DNA of 24,396 nt from Capsulimonadales bacterium (lineage in GTDB: Bacteria > Armatimonadota > Armatimonadia > Armatimonadales > Armatimonadaceae). The stretch spans positions 1 to 24,396 of the forward strand of contig JANRLW010000016.1 of assembly GCA_033762295.1 (NCBI GenBank). The letters run 5' to 3'. A program made the position numbers and the translations under genes. Numbering within the stretch: the stretch's first letter is position 1; each line of letters begins with the position of its first letter. Below are positions 16,535 to 24,396 of the stretch, in pieces. The notes under the pieces were generated by a model. It did not search any database. It saw only the letters and a program-made list of their open reading frames with translations, and was not told the DNA's origin.

Positions 16535-16665
16535 GGGCGGTCCCTTCCGGAAAGTTCATATTATAGTAGACGAATATTGCCATGCATTATATCGTTTCCC
16601 GGTCCCTCAGGGTCGTGGTCGTTTCGGGAGGAACCGGACGGACAGGCGACGAAAAGGTTGGCAAT

Positions 16666-19158
16666 ATGGTCGTCCGGCGACTGGCGAGGCTGTTGATTAT
16701 GGTGTTTTTGGCGTTCTCCGCGGTGGTTCCCGCAGCGGCGGCGGAACCGCTCGTCACCCTTCGTACCGGCATGGCAACCTTTCTGCTGGATGGAAAGGGG
16801 GGGCTTCAGGGCATCCTTCGCCGGGACTCGGGCACCGACTATCTGGCCTCCGCGCAGACGTCGGCGCTGCTTCGCCTCCGTGTCGCCGGACAGTGGTATA
16901 CGCCGAACCGGGCCGAATGGGACGGTCGCCGTCGACGCCTGACCCTGCACTACCCGCAGGACGGACTGGTCGCCACCCTGCTGATCGAAGCGAAGCGCAC
17001 GCATATCGTCCTCGAAATCGCGAACCTGCGGAGCCCCGAACCGGTGGAAATCGCGCTATGGGGACCCTATCCGACCACCATTCGATCGATCATCGGCGAA
17101 ACCGTCGGCGTCGTCCGCGACGACGAATTCGCGATCGGCATCCAGGCATTGAACCCGAAGACCCTCGGCGGTTACCCGTCCTCCGAGAACGATATCGAGC
17201 AGGAACCGTCCGGCGATGATCTGGGAAACTATCCTGACCTCGACCCGGAACTCCTGAAAGGGCAACACTATCGCGGAGATACGGCCCTGCGCACTCCGTT
17301 CGGCAGTACCCTCCAGGCATACTGTCGAAATCGGGACCGGGAACGGATCGTCCCGAACTGGAACCATGAGCGGTACGTCGTCAAGCCGTTCGCGGACGGG
17401 GGACCGATCGGCAGCAAGATCGCCCTTTTCGCCTGCCCCGCGAAAATGGCCCTGGCGACCCTCGGAGCCATCGAAGTGGCGGAGAATCTGCCCCACCCGA
17501 CCCTGAACGGCGTCTGGGCCAAACGTTCACGAGAGGCGACGGCATCCTATCTGATCATCGATTTCGGCGAGGAGACCATCGACCGCGCCCTCGAAATGAC
17601 CCGCCGCGCCGGATTGAAGTATCTCTACCACAGTTCGCCGTTCGACACCTGGGGACAATTCCGCCTCAAGCCCCGACTGTTTCCGAGCGGTTGGACCGGC
17701 CTTCGCGACTGTGTCGAAAAAGCGCGGAAAGCCGGGATCTCGGTCGGGCTGCACACGCTGTCGAATTTCATAACGACGAATGATCCCTATGTCACTCCCA
17801 AACCCGACCCGCGACTCGCTGCGGTTGGCAGTAGTCCCCTGACCGCCCCGATCGACGCGAAGGCGCGCGAGATACCGATCGCATCGCCGGAGGCCTTCCT
17901 TCGGAAAGGCGCGCTGAACACCGTGGTTATCGGCGACGAACTGATCCGTTACGGGTCCGTCACGGACCGTCCCCCTTACCGGCTGCTGGATTGCGCGCGG
18001 GGCGCGTGGGGAACCACCGCCACCGCCCATACGGAACAGACCCCGGTCCGAAAACTGCTCGACCATGAATACAAGGTGTTTCTTTCGGATGCCAGCCTGT
18101 CCCTGGAAATCGCCCGAAATATCGCCGACGTTCTCAACCGAACCGGATGCATTCAGATGTCGTTTGACGGACTGGAAGGCAACTGGTCCACCGGCTACGG
18201 GCAATACGGTCGGACCCTTTTCACCAAAGCCTGGTACGACGCTCTCTCCCCCGAACTTCAGGGAAAGGTCATCAACGACGCCAGTAACCCGGGCCATTTC
18301 AACTGGCATATCAATACCCGAATGAACTGGGGCGAACCCTGGTATGCCGGATTCCGGGAAAGCCAGACGCTCTACCGATTCAAAAATCAGGTCTACTTCG
18401 AACGGAACCTGATGCCGCGGATGCTCGGCTGGTTCTCCCTCCGTCCGGATACCTCGGTCGAGGATGTGGAATGGCTGCTGGCGCGGGCCGCCGGATTCGA
18501 CGCCGGGTTTGCTCTGGCTACCAGCCTTGCCAGCACCGCACAACTGGACGCCGCCCCGGACTCCGTCGAGGCGGCCCGGCTTTTCGGGGCGACCGGCGAA
18601 ATCCTCGAAACGGTCCGACAATGGGAAACGGCGCGGATGGCCGGCGCGTTCCCCGCCTCCGTCAGAGCGGCCCTGCGCGACAACCGGCGGGAGTTCCAAC
18701 TCCGTCCCCGGACGGCGGGCGCATGGGAACTGCGCGAAGCGCGGTACCATCGGTTCTCCTTCGAGGGAGACAGGGAACGAACGCCCGCGGACTTCGGCAA
18801 GTTCGTTTTCGATAACCCGGATGCCTTTCAGGAGGTCGCATGGACGATCCGTTCGACCGCCAAAGAGCCGGTTCGCGGCCTGACCCTGACCATCGACGGC
18901 GCAAAAGTCGTTGACCTCGGAGACCGGCCCCTGCCCCCTGACGGCATCCTGAAATACCGGGGCGGCGAGGAAGCGGTCATCACCGACGGCGCGTGGCGTG
19001 AGATCGAACGGATTCCCGTCGTTCGCCGGGCGGCAAGGGTGTCGTTCGGCACCCATAACGGCAGCCTCCGGATCTCCGCTCCGATGAGTGGCGTTCTCAA
19101 AATCGAACTGCGCACCCTCGGAACCCCGACCCGTCTGCAGGCCCGAAAACGTCCCTGA
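16666..19158 (+). CDS. Large exported hypothetical protein, putative glycoside-hydrolase-like TIM barrel
   Basis: ATG 16666 gives a signal peptide MVVRRLARLLIMVFLAFSAVVPAAAA|E, 830 aa. Beta-rich N-terminus, then LFPSGWTGLRDCVEKARKAGISVGLH and MSFDGLE barrel-like motifs, then a beta-rich C-terminus. Confidence 0.65.
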   Translation: MVVRRLARLLIMVFLAFSAVVPAAAAEPLVTLRTGMATFLLDGKGGLQGILRRDSGTDYLASAQTSALLRLRVAGQWYTPNRAEWDGRRRRLTLHYPQDGLVATLLIEAKRTHIVLEIANLRSPEPVEIALWGPYPTTIRSIIGETVGVVRDDEFAIGIQALNPKTLGGYPSSENDIEQEPSGDDLGNYPDLDPELLKGQHYRGDTALRTPFGSTLQAYCRNRDRERIVPNWNHERYVVKPFADGGPIGSKIALFACPAKMALATLGAIEVAENLPHPTLNGVWAKRSREATASYLIIDFGEETIDRALEMTRRAGLKYLYHSSPFDTWGQFRLKPRLFPSGWTGLRDCVEKARKAGISVGLHTLSNFITTNDPYVTPKPDPRLAAVGSSPLTAPIDAKAREIPIASPEAFLRKGALNTVVIGDELIRYGSVTDRPPYRLLDCARGAWGTTATAHTEQTPVRKLLDHEYKVFLSDASLSLEIARNIADVLNRTGCIQMSFDGLEGNWSTGYGQYGRTLFTKAWYDALSPELQGKVINDASNPGHFNWHINTRMNWGEPWYAGFRESQTLYRFKNQVYFERNLMPRMLGWFSLRPDTSVEDVEWLLARAAGFDAGFALATSLASTAQLDAAPDSVEAARLFGATGEILETVRQWETARMAGAFPASVRAALRDNRREFQLRPRTAGAWELREARYHRFSFEGDRERTPADFGKFVFDNPDAFQEVAWTIRSTAKEPVRGLTLTIDGAKVVDLGDRPLPPDGILKYRGGEEAVITDGAWREIERIPVVRRAARVSFGTHNGSLRISAPMSGVLKIELRTLGTPTRLQARKRP

Positions 19159-19187
19159 CCGTCCATAGGTCCGAACCGCCACGTCCG

Positions 19188-19215
19188 GACCTTGCTGTTC
19201 AGACCTTGCTGTTCA
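19188..19215. repeat. Perfect 14-bp tandem duplication
   Basis: GACCTTGCTGTTCA occurs twice, at 19188-19201 and 19202-19215. Confidence 0.9.
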
Positions 19216-20704
19216 GGAACGCGCTTCCACCGCCGCCGCCACCGAACCGGAAATACTGGCGCAACACCATCAGGTCCTGACGGGGCGACGCGGTGGCCGC
19301 GTAAAAGGCTTCCGCCGTTAACCGCTCCTCCAACGATGCCCCGGCCGTCGGCGGCGTCTCCGTAATCAGTCCCATCCGGCCCCGCAGGTAGGTTCCCCGG
19401 AAGTCGCCCGGAAGGTCCGCGATCTCGTCCGCGCCGCGCGGGCGAACGCCCACCAGTCGAAGGGCGCCCTGACATACCGCGAAAAGCCCCGGTAGCATAT
19501 GCAGAAGGAAGTGTTCCGGACCGCGCAGTTGATTCGGTTCCGGGTGCAAGGAAACGAACGTCCGCGTACGCCAGTCGCGACGGTCGGGGGTCGTCGGCAG
19601 AACGACAAACTCGTGCCGGTGGAACAGCGGAGCGCGCCGAAACAGCAAAAGACCGACCGTCGTCAGCAGGAGTGCGGGCCAGCAGAGAAGCAGGAGCAGG
19701 GCCGCGATGAGACGCGATTGCATTTCCCCCACCCAGTCGGCGACCGGATTCGCCTGCAGATTTCCCACCAGAAAAGCGTCGGGGACCGAAACCGCGTCCC
19801 CGTGCCGAACGCTCCAGACCCGCCCCCGATCGGCGACAATCTCCGTCAGTTCCAGGCCGTCGCCAACGTACGTTCCGGGCAGGAGCAACGCATCGCGCAC
19901 GGTCGTCTGCTCGCCGATGAGGACGTTCTCACCGATCACGACATTCGGGCCAAGCGTCGTATTCTCCCCGATCCGGCTGTTTTCCCCGAGGAAGACCGGC
20001 GCGATCAGGCGGACACTCGGATGCAGGGAGACCCCTCGTCCGAGACGAATCCCTTCCGGAGACGCGCTCTCCTGCCCCGGCACGACAATGGTCCGTCCCG
20101 TCTGCAACAGACTGGGAAACGCCCCGGAAGCGACCGCTCGCTGTGCCTGAAGCAGTCCGGCAAAGGAACGGACCTCCAGACACCTGTCGGCCACCACATC
20201 GATCGTTCCGGGCAGGCTGTCGAGCCAGGATTGAAGCGCTGACTCGTCGGCCAGGGCAGGAGCCTCCGCCAGGATACCGGACGCAAGCGCCGCCCACCCG
20301 GTCCACTCCCCTTTCCCGTCGCGTACCGACGCCGCCGCGCCCTCCTTCTCGATCCGGCTTTTCAACGCCGGGAGATCGACCAGGGGCAGGCGATCCGCGT
20401 GTACCAGGATGGTCGGTTCATTCACCGTTCCGAGCCAGCGGAAGGTCGCATACCTCCGGGAGTCGTCCGACGCCGGGTGGAAGCGGAACCGACTTCCCCA
20501 ACGGGTGCCGTCGCCCAGCAGCAGTTCGATGCGGTCCGGCAGATGGGACGCGACAAAATCAAAATCGGTGACGCCACCTTCCACGAGAAATTCCACGACA
20601 TGCTGAAGAAACGGCCGATCCACCAGCGGAAGGAGCGGTGTGACATACTCCTCCGCCAGGGTGATATCCTCCGGAACGCCGGAAACGAAAACAATCGCCC
20701 TCAT
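19199..20704 (-). CDS. Degenerate NDP-sugar-synthase-like domain + left-handed beta-helix + degenerate sugar transferase (Bac_transf) domain
   Basis: ATG 20704 (ATGA overlap), 501 aa. PLLPLVDRPFLQH and LGDGTRWG (NTP-transferase fold); hexapeptide repeats LGENSRIGENTTLGPNVVIGENVLIG; membrane helix; LPGLFAVCQGALRLVGVRP and GRMGLI (Bac_transf-like). Confidence 0.8.
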   Translation of the reverse strand: MRAIVFVSGVPEDITLAEEYVTPLLPLVDRPFLQHVVEFLVEGGVTDFDFVASHLPDRIELLLGDGTRWGSRFRFHPASDDSRRYATFRWLGTVNEPTILVHADRLPLVDLPALKSRIEKEGAAASVRDGKGEWTGWAALASGILAEAPALADESALQSWLDSLPGTIDVVADRCLEVRSFAGLLQAQRAVASGAFPSLLQTGRTIVVPGQESASPEGIRLGRGVSLHPSVRLIAPVFLGENSRIGENTTLGPNVVIGENVLIGEQTTVRDALLLPGTYVGDGLELTEIVADRGRVWSVRHGDAVSVPDAFLVGNLQANPVADWVGEMQSRLIAALLLLLCWPALLLTTVGLLLFRRAPLFHRHEFVVLPTTPDRRDWRTRTFVSLHPEPNQLRGPEHFLLHMLPGLFAVCQGALRLVGVRPRGADEIADLPGDFRGTYLRGRMGLITETPPTAGASLEERLTAEAFYAATASPRQDLMVLRQYFRFGGGGGGSAFLNSKV

Positions 20705-22116
20705 GATTCTTCCCCTGACGCGGTCCGCCGGTCGTCCGGCCGAACCCGCTCCCATAAAACCCTGCTCAGGAACACCGCATTGCCGACGACGTATCGTTTC
20801 CAGAGCCGTTGCGGTTCGACGACCAGACGAAACGCCCACTCCATCCCGATCTCGCGCACCCATTGCGGCGCCCTTGGCTTATTTCCCGAATAGAAATCGA
20901 AAAGCCCGCCGACCCCCATCGCGACCGGCGCCCCCAGGTCCGTCAGATGTTTCGCCACCCAGAGGTCCTGCCGGGGCGCACCGAAGGCGACCAGTACCAG
21001 ACGTGCGCCGGACTCGCGAATCGCCGTCACGATATTCGCTTCCTCCTCGGGGGCGTAGTACCCGTGCTGCGTCCCCGCGAGCCGGACCCCCGGATAGTTC
21101 GCTCGGATCCAGTTCGCGACCCCGTCGGCAACACCGGGTTTCCCGCCCAGAAGGTACACTCCCATGTCCGTTGCCTCGAGTGCCGCGCAAAGTCGCGGAA
21201 ACAGATCGGTCCCGTTGACGTTCTGCTTGATCTCCTGCCGCAACAGCTTTCCGGCGATCTTCATTCCGATGCCATCCGCCAGGACATACTCCGCCCGCTT
21301 CAGAACGGTGGCATATTCGTCGTTGACATACGCGATATTCGCGCAGTCGGCATTGACGAACGCCAGTTGCGCCGGGGGTGCGTTATCCCGCATTCGATCG
21401 ACGATCCATCCGACCGCTTCGGACATCGTTACGTTGTTCACCGGAATCCGAAGCAGCGTCACCGAATCCGGGGCGGTCGGGACCCCTTCGCCGTAAAGGA
21501 TGGCCGGAATGGCCCGAAGCGCGATTCCCAGATCGCCTTTCAGGCTTTGCGATTCGACATACTCGCTGTCCGAAATCGATTCGGTCTCGTAGGCGATGTT
21601 CGCGCGGCGGCGTACCCACCAGAGGCAGATGAACCCCGGCCGGACATCGTACCGCTTTCGGGCCGCCCGTTCGCGCGGACTGAGTTCCCCCGGAGAAACG
21701 ACCCGTGGCCCGATAAACGCCATATCTCCCTTGAGAACGTTCAGCAGGGCCGGGAGTCGATGCAGCCGAAGCCCGCGCACCAGGGCGAGATCGGTGGAAA
21801 ACGAGTATTCGAGAAACGGTTCGCACCAGCGTCCCACCCGCTCCGTCCGCCGGATCGGGCCGGTAACCAGGCGCAGGATGACGAGCAACGGCGAAAGCGT
21901 GGTCAGGATCGTCAACGCGATCAGACCGTCCAGAATGCGCTTACCGCTTTTCAGCGGCTGGATCAAACCGTACCAGGCCGCGAGTTGTACCGTTTGCTGT
22001 CGCCTCTGGCGGCGGATTCCACGGTGAGAGAACCGATCGGCCAGACTTTCCATCTGCTGGCGACGGGACGCGCCGGAGTCCGATATCGGACGCAAAGGTT
22101 CGACCGGGAGAGACAT
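20701..22116 (-). CDS. Fusion of a degenerate sugar transferase (Bac_transf) domain and a WecB/TagA/CpsF (GT26) glycosyltransferase
   Basis: ATG 22116, 471 aa. KRILD, LPALLNVLKGDMAFIGPR, VRPGF; then DGIG, YLLGGKPGVA, HGYY, GAPRQD, GVGGLFDF, RAPQW...GMEWAFRL..EPQRLWKRY. Confidence 0.9.
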   Translation of the reverse strand: MSLPVEPLRPISDSGASRRQQMESLADRFSHRGIRRQRRQQTVQLAAWYGLIQPLKSGKRILDGLIALTILTTLSPLLVILRLVTGPIRRTERVGRWCEPFLEYSFSTDLALVRGLRLHRLPALLNVLKGDMAFIGPRVVSPGELSPRERAARKRYDVRPGFICLWWVRRRANIAYETESISDSEYVESQSLKGDLGIALRAIPAILYGEGVPTAPDSVTLLRIPVNNVTMSEAVGWIVDRMRDNAPPAQLAFVNADCANIAYVNDEYATVLKRAEYVLADGIGMKIAGKLLRQEIKQNVNGTDLFPRLCAALEATDMGVYLLGGKPGVADGVANWIRANYPGVRLAGTQHGYYAPEEEANIVTAIRESGARLVLVAFGAPRQDLWVAKHLTDLGAPVAMGVGGLFDFYSGNKPRAPQWVREIGMEWAFRLVVEPQRLWKRYVVGNAVFLSRVLWERVRPDDRRTASGEES

Positions 22117-22117
22117 C

Positions 22118-22876
22118 TCAGTACGCTCCCTTTCCGAGGAGGACCGCCGGAACGGTCCGAACCAGAATGACCAGGTCCAGCCACGGGTTCTGACTCTCGA
22201 TATACTTGACATCCAGTTCGACCTGTTGCGGGAACGGAATATCGCCCCGTCCTTCGATCTGCCAGAAACAGGTCAGTCCCGGGGTGACATCCAGGCGGCG
22301 GCGGTCGGCGAGGGAGTACTTCTCCACCTCCCGGGGAAGCGCCGGTCGCGGGCCGACCAGGGTCATTTCGCCCTTCAGCACACACCAGAGCTGCGGCAGT
22401 TCGTCGATACTCAGCTTACGGATGATTCGTCCGATCCAGGTGATACGCGGGTCGTTTTTCATTTTGAACGTGACCTGTCCACGGGCGTCGGCGGACGGAC
22501 CGGCATGGTCGTTCCGCGCCAGCAACGTCTCCTTGAGTTTTTCCGCGTTGACGACCATGGACCGGAATTTCGGAAATCGAAAGGTTTTGCCGTGCTTTCC
22601 GACCCGAACCTGCCAGAAAAGCACCGGCCCTCCATCGGTCAGTCGAATGCACAGAGCGACTACGGCGAACAGCGGCGACAGCAGCAGCAGCGCGGTCAGG
22701 GAGACCGCGATATCGAGGCTTCGTTTGACGGCTTTCGCCCCCCCGACAAAGAGAACCCAGGCCACCTGTTTCCGGCGGAGCCGCCGACGTGCGGTTGCCG
22801 AACCGGCGCCGTATCGCCGCTGAAGGTCGTCGAGAACGGACCGCCGTTCTTCCGGCGGCAGCGATGGCGCGGTCAC
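22118..22876 (-). CDS. Priming phosphoglycosyl transferase (Bac_transf; polyprenyl-phosphate sugar-1-phosphate transferase)
   Basis: GTG 22876 (GTGA overlap, RBS GGAGG), 252 aa. KRSLDI, KFRSM, NDPRITWIG, SIDELPQL..VLKGEMTLVGPRP, PGLTCFWQI, LDVKYIE. Confidence 0.93.
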   Translation of the reverse strand: MTAPSLPPEERRSVLDDLQRRYGAGSATARRRLRRKQVAWVLFVGGAKAVKRSLDIAVSLTALLLLSPLFAVVALCIRLTDGGPVLFWQVRVGKHGKTFRFPKFRSMVVNAEKLKETLLARNDHAGPSADARGQVTFKMKNDPRITWIGRIIRKLSIDELPQLWCVLKGEMTLVGPRPALPREVEKYSLADRRRLDVTPGLTCFWQIEGRGDIPFPQQVELDVKYIESQNPWLDLVILVRTVPAVLLGKGAY

Positions 22877-24069
22877 GATACGACCTCCCGCGTCGTCGCT
22901 TTGCGCAGGGTCGGCTGACACGCCGTCCGCATGGCCTCCATGGTCTCCTGCGCCGCCCGTTCCCAGCTAAACGATCGGCTGCGGTCCTGCCCCCGCCGCG
23001 CCAGTTCCGCGCGGCGTCGCGGGTCGCTCAGGATATCTCCCAGTTTTCGAGCGATATCCTGCTCGTCCGTCGGATCGAACAATATTGCCGCGTCCCCGGC
23101 GACTTCCGGGAGAGAGGAGACGCCGGAACAGGCGACCGGCGCTCCGCAGGACATCGCTTCGAGCACCGGCAATCCGAACCCTTCCCACAGCGAGGGAAAA
23201 ACAAACAGATCGGTCGCCGAGTACAGGTACGGGATGTCGGCCCGCGGCACAAATCCGGTGAACAAAATCTCGCTTCCGACCCCGGAGGCGTCGGCTTCGG
23301 CGTGGACGGCTTCCGCACCGGACCACTCGCTGCCCGCGAGCAGGAGGACGTGCGGGACGCGACACTCCCGCTTCAGTCGGGCGAAGGCCCGGATCAGACG
23401 GACATGGTTCTTTCCGGGATGCTCGATCCGCGAAACGTACAGCAGGAAAGGTCGACCGGCCAGCGCAGGATACCGTTCCGCCACATACGCTTCCGCCTCC
23501 GGGCGCGGAATCGCGCGATAAAAAGCGGTGTCCGCGGCTTCCGGAATGACCTGCACACGCTCCGCCGGAATCCGGGCGAAGGAGAGGATATCCTGCCGAC
23601 TGCTCTCCGACGGCGCAAGGACCCGGGTCAGTCGGCGCGCCAGGAACGGCAGCCCTTTCGTAATGTAGAGATGATGCAGACGATCGTACTTCCCCGGCAC
23701 GTGCAGAATCGAAAAATCATGGACCATCCCCACGGTCGGGCAGGGACAGCGGAACGGAAGCCGTCGGTTCCCGGCCGGGAGGAACAGCACGTCGTATCCA
23801 CGTTCACGGCAGAGGCGCGGCAGTTCCGTCTGATGCCAGAGGATGTTTTTCAACGCCGGTCGAAGCGACGCCGGTAGGCACAGCGTCTCCAGTCCGAGAG
23901 CGGCGGGCGCAAAAACGTCCTTTTCGTCCTCGTGAACGATCACCTCGAACCGTGGCCCTTTCGGGTCGTTCGACTGCATTCGCGCAAACTCGCGCAGGAG
24001 AAAGATGACGTACTGGCTGATGCCGGACTTCCCCCCATCGCCGCCGAACGTGCTGATTCCCACTTTCAT
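22873..24069 (-). CDS. Glycosyltransferase family 4 (GT-B fold)
   Basis: VHDFS, KNHVRLIRAF, FVFPSLWEGFGLPVLEAMSCG, SSLPEVAGDAA, FSWERAA. Confidence 0.93.
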   Translation of the reverse strand: MKVGISTFGGDGGKSGISQYVIFLLREFARMQSNDPKGPRFEVIVHEDEKDVFAPAALGLETLCLPASLRPALKNILWHQTELPRLCRERGYDVLFLPAGNRRLPFRCPCPTVGMVHDFSILHVPGKYDRLHHLYITKGLPFLARRLTRVLAPSESSRQDILSFARIPAERVQVIPEAADTAFYRAIPRPEAEAYVAERYPALAGRPFLLYVSRIEHPGKNHVRLIRAFARLKRECRVPHVLLLAGSEWSGAEAVHAEADASGVGSEILFTGFVPRADIPYLYSATDLFVFPSLWEGFGLPVLEAMSCGAPVACSGVSSLPEVAGDAAILFDPTDEQDIARKLGDILSDPRRRAELARRGQDRSRSFSWERAAQETMEAMRTACQPTLRKATTREVVS

Positions 24070-24396
24070 GATGTCGACACGCTTTCCCGGTTCGATTCAT
24101 GGCGCGACAGTACGACCTGCTGCCCGAACGTCGTATCGGTGTTATTGGTGGCGATGCGTGCCTCGCCATGTCGATGTCCCCGGTAATACGCCCACTGGTA
24201 CACCGCGCGCCGCGCCGGGGCGTTCACCAGGGCGACCGGTCCGTCACCGGATTTCAGATGGTGGACGAGGTCGCGTCCGAGCGACGCGACGAAGCGATGG
24301 GTCATTTTCGCCAAGGAATCGCGATCCCGGTAGATAAAGGCGTCCGCTTCCCCTTCGATGAACCGACGACCGTACAGCTGACGGAGCGTGTAGTTG
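24066..24396 (-). CDS. C-terminal part of a probable glycosyltransferase (GT2-like); starts beyond the window
   Basis: Frame open from the edge: NYTLRQLYGRRFIEGEADAFIYRDRDSLAKMTHRF...; ATGA overlap with the GT4 gene. The family is inferred from context and the NYT...R.F.EG pattern. Confidence 0.55.
   Translation of the reverse strand, partial: NYTLRQLYGRRFIEGEADAFIYRDRDSLAKMTHRFVASLGRDLVHHLKSGDGPVALVNAPARRAVYQWAYYRGHRHGEARIATNNTDTTFGQQVVLSRHESNRESVSTS

Noticed and set aside
17527..19182. 551-aa minus-strand ORF, and similar long antisense or alternate-frame ORFs (814-1725, 8813-9763, 9835-10965, 12185-13096, 20809-22170, 22789-23877)
   Set aside because: All overlap well-supported genes on the other strand and show low-information Arg/Gly/Pro-rich or motif-less translations.
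1..24396. CRISPR arrays, tRNA/rRNA, IS elements, integrases, defence systems
   Set aside because: No spaced repeats, cloverleafs, or transposase, integrase or nuclease motifs seen; gene-dense ORFs account for almost all of the sequence.

Overview
GC-rich bacterial DNA, probably Armatimonadota (inferred from the prepilin N-terminal signature and the DUF6785-type membrane protein). About 20 genes, nearly all on the minus strand. From left to right: (i) a partial exported CxxCH/DUF1587-type protein coupled to an exported alpha/beta hydrolase; (ii) csoR-copA with three CsoR operators, each inside a sigma70-type promoter spacer; (iii) a tightly packed ~9.5 kb, 8-gene predicted operon between a near-consensus promoter with a LacI operator and an intrinsic terminator. 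Its order is lacI-type regulator, H-X9-DG prepilin-like protein, small membrane protein, exported TPR protein, PhyH dioxygenase, Gfo/Idh/MocA oxidoreductase, TIM-barrel epimerase/MDR dehydrogenase fusion, DUF6785-type membrane protein. This is the best candidate for an undescribed pilin-associated uptake and catabolism system; (iv) a deacetylase-like gene plus nucleoside hydrolase, divergent from a large exported glycoside-hydrolase-like gene; (v) the 3' end of a polysaccharide locus with three consecutive phosphoglycosyl-transferase domains, only one of which keeps the catalytic Asp-Glu dyad. No rRNA, tRNA, CRISPR array or mobile element was seen. All family calls come from motif recognition by eye, not database searches.
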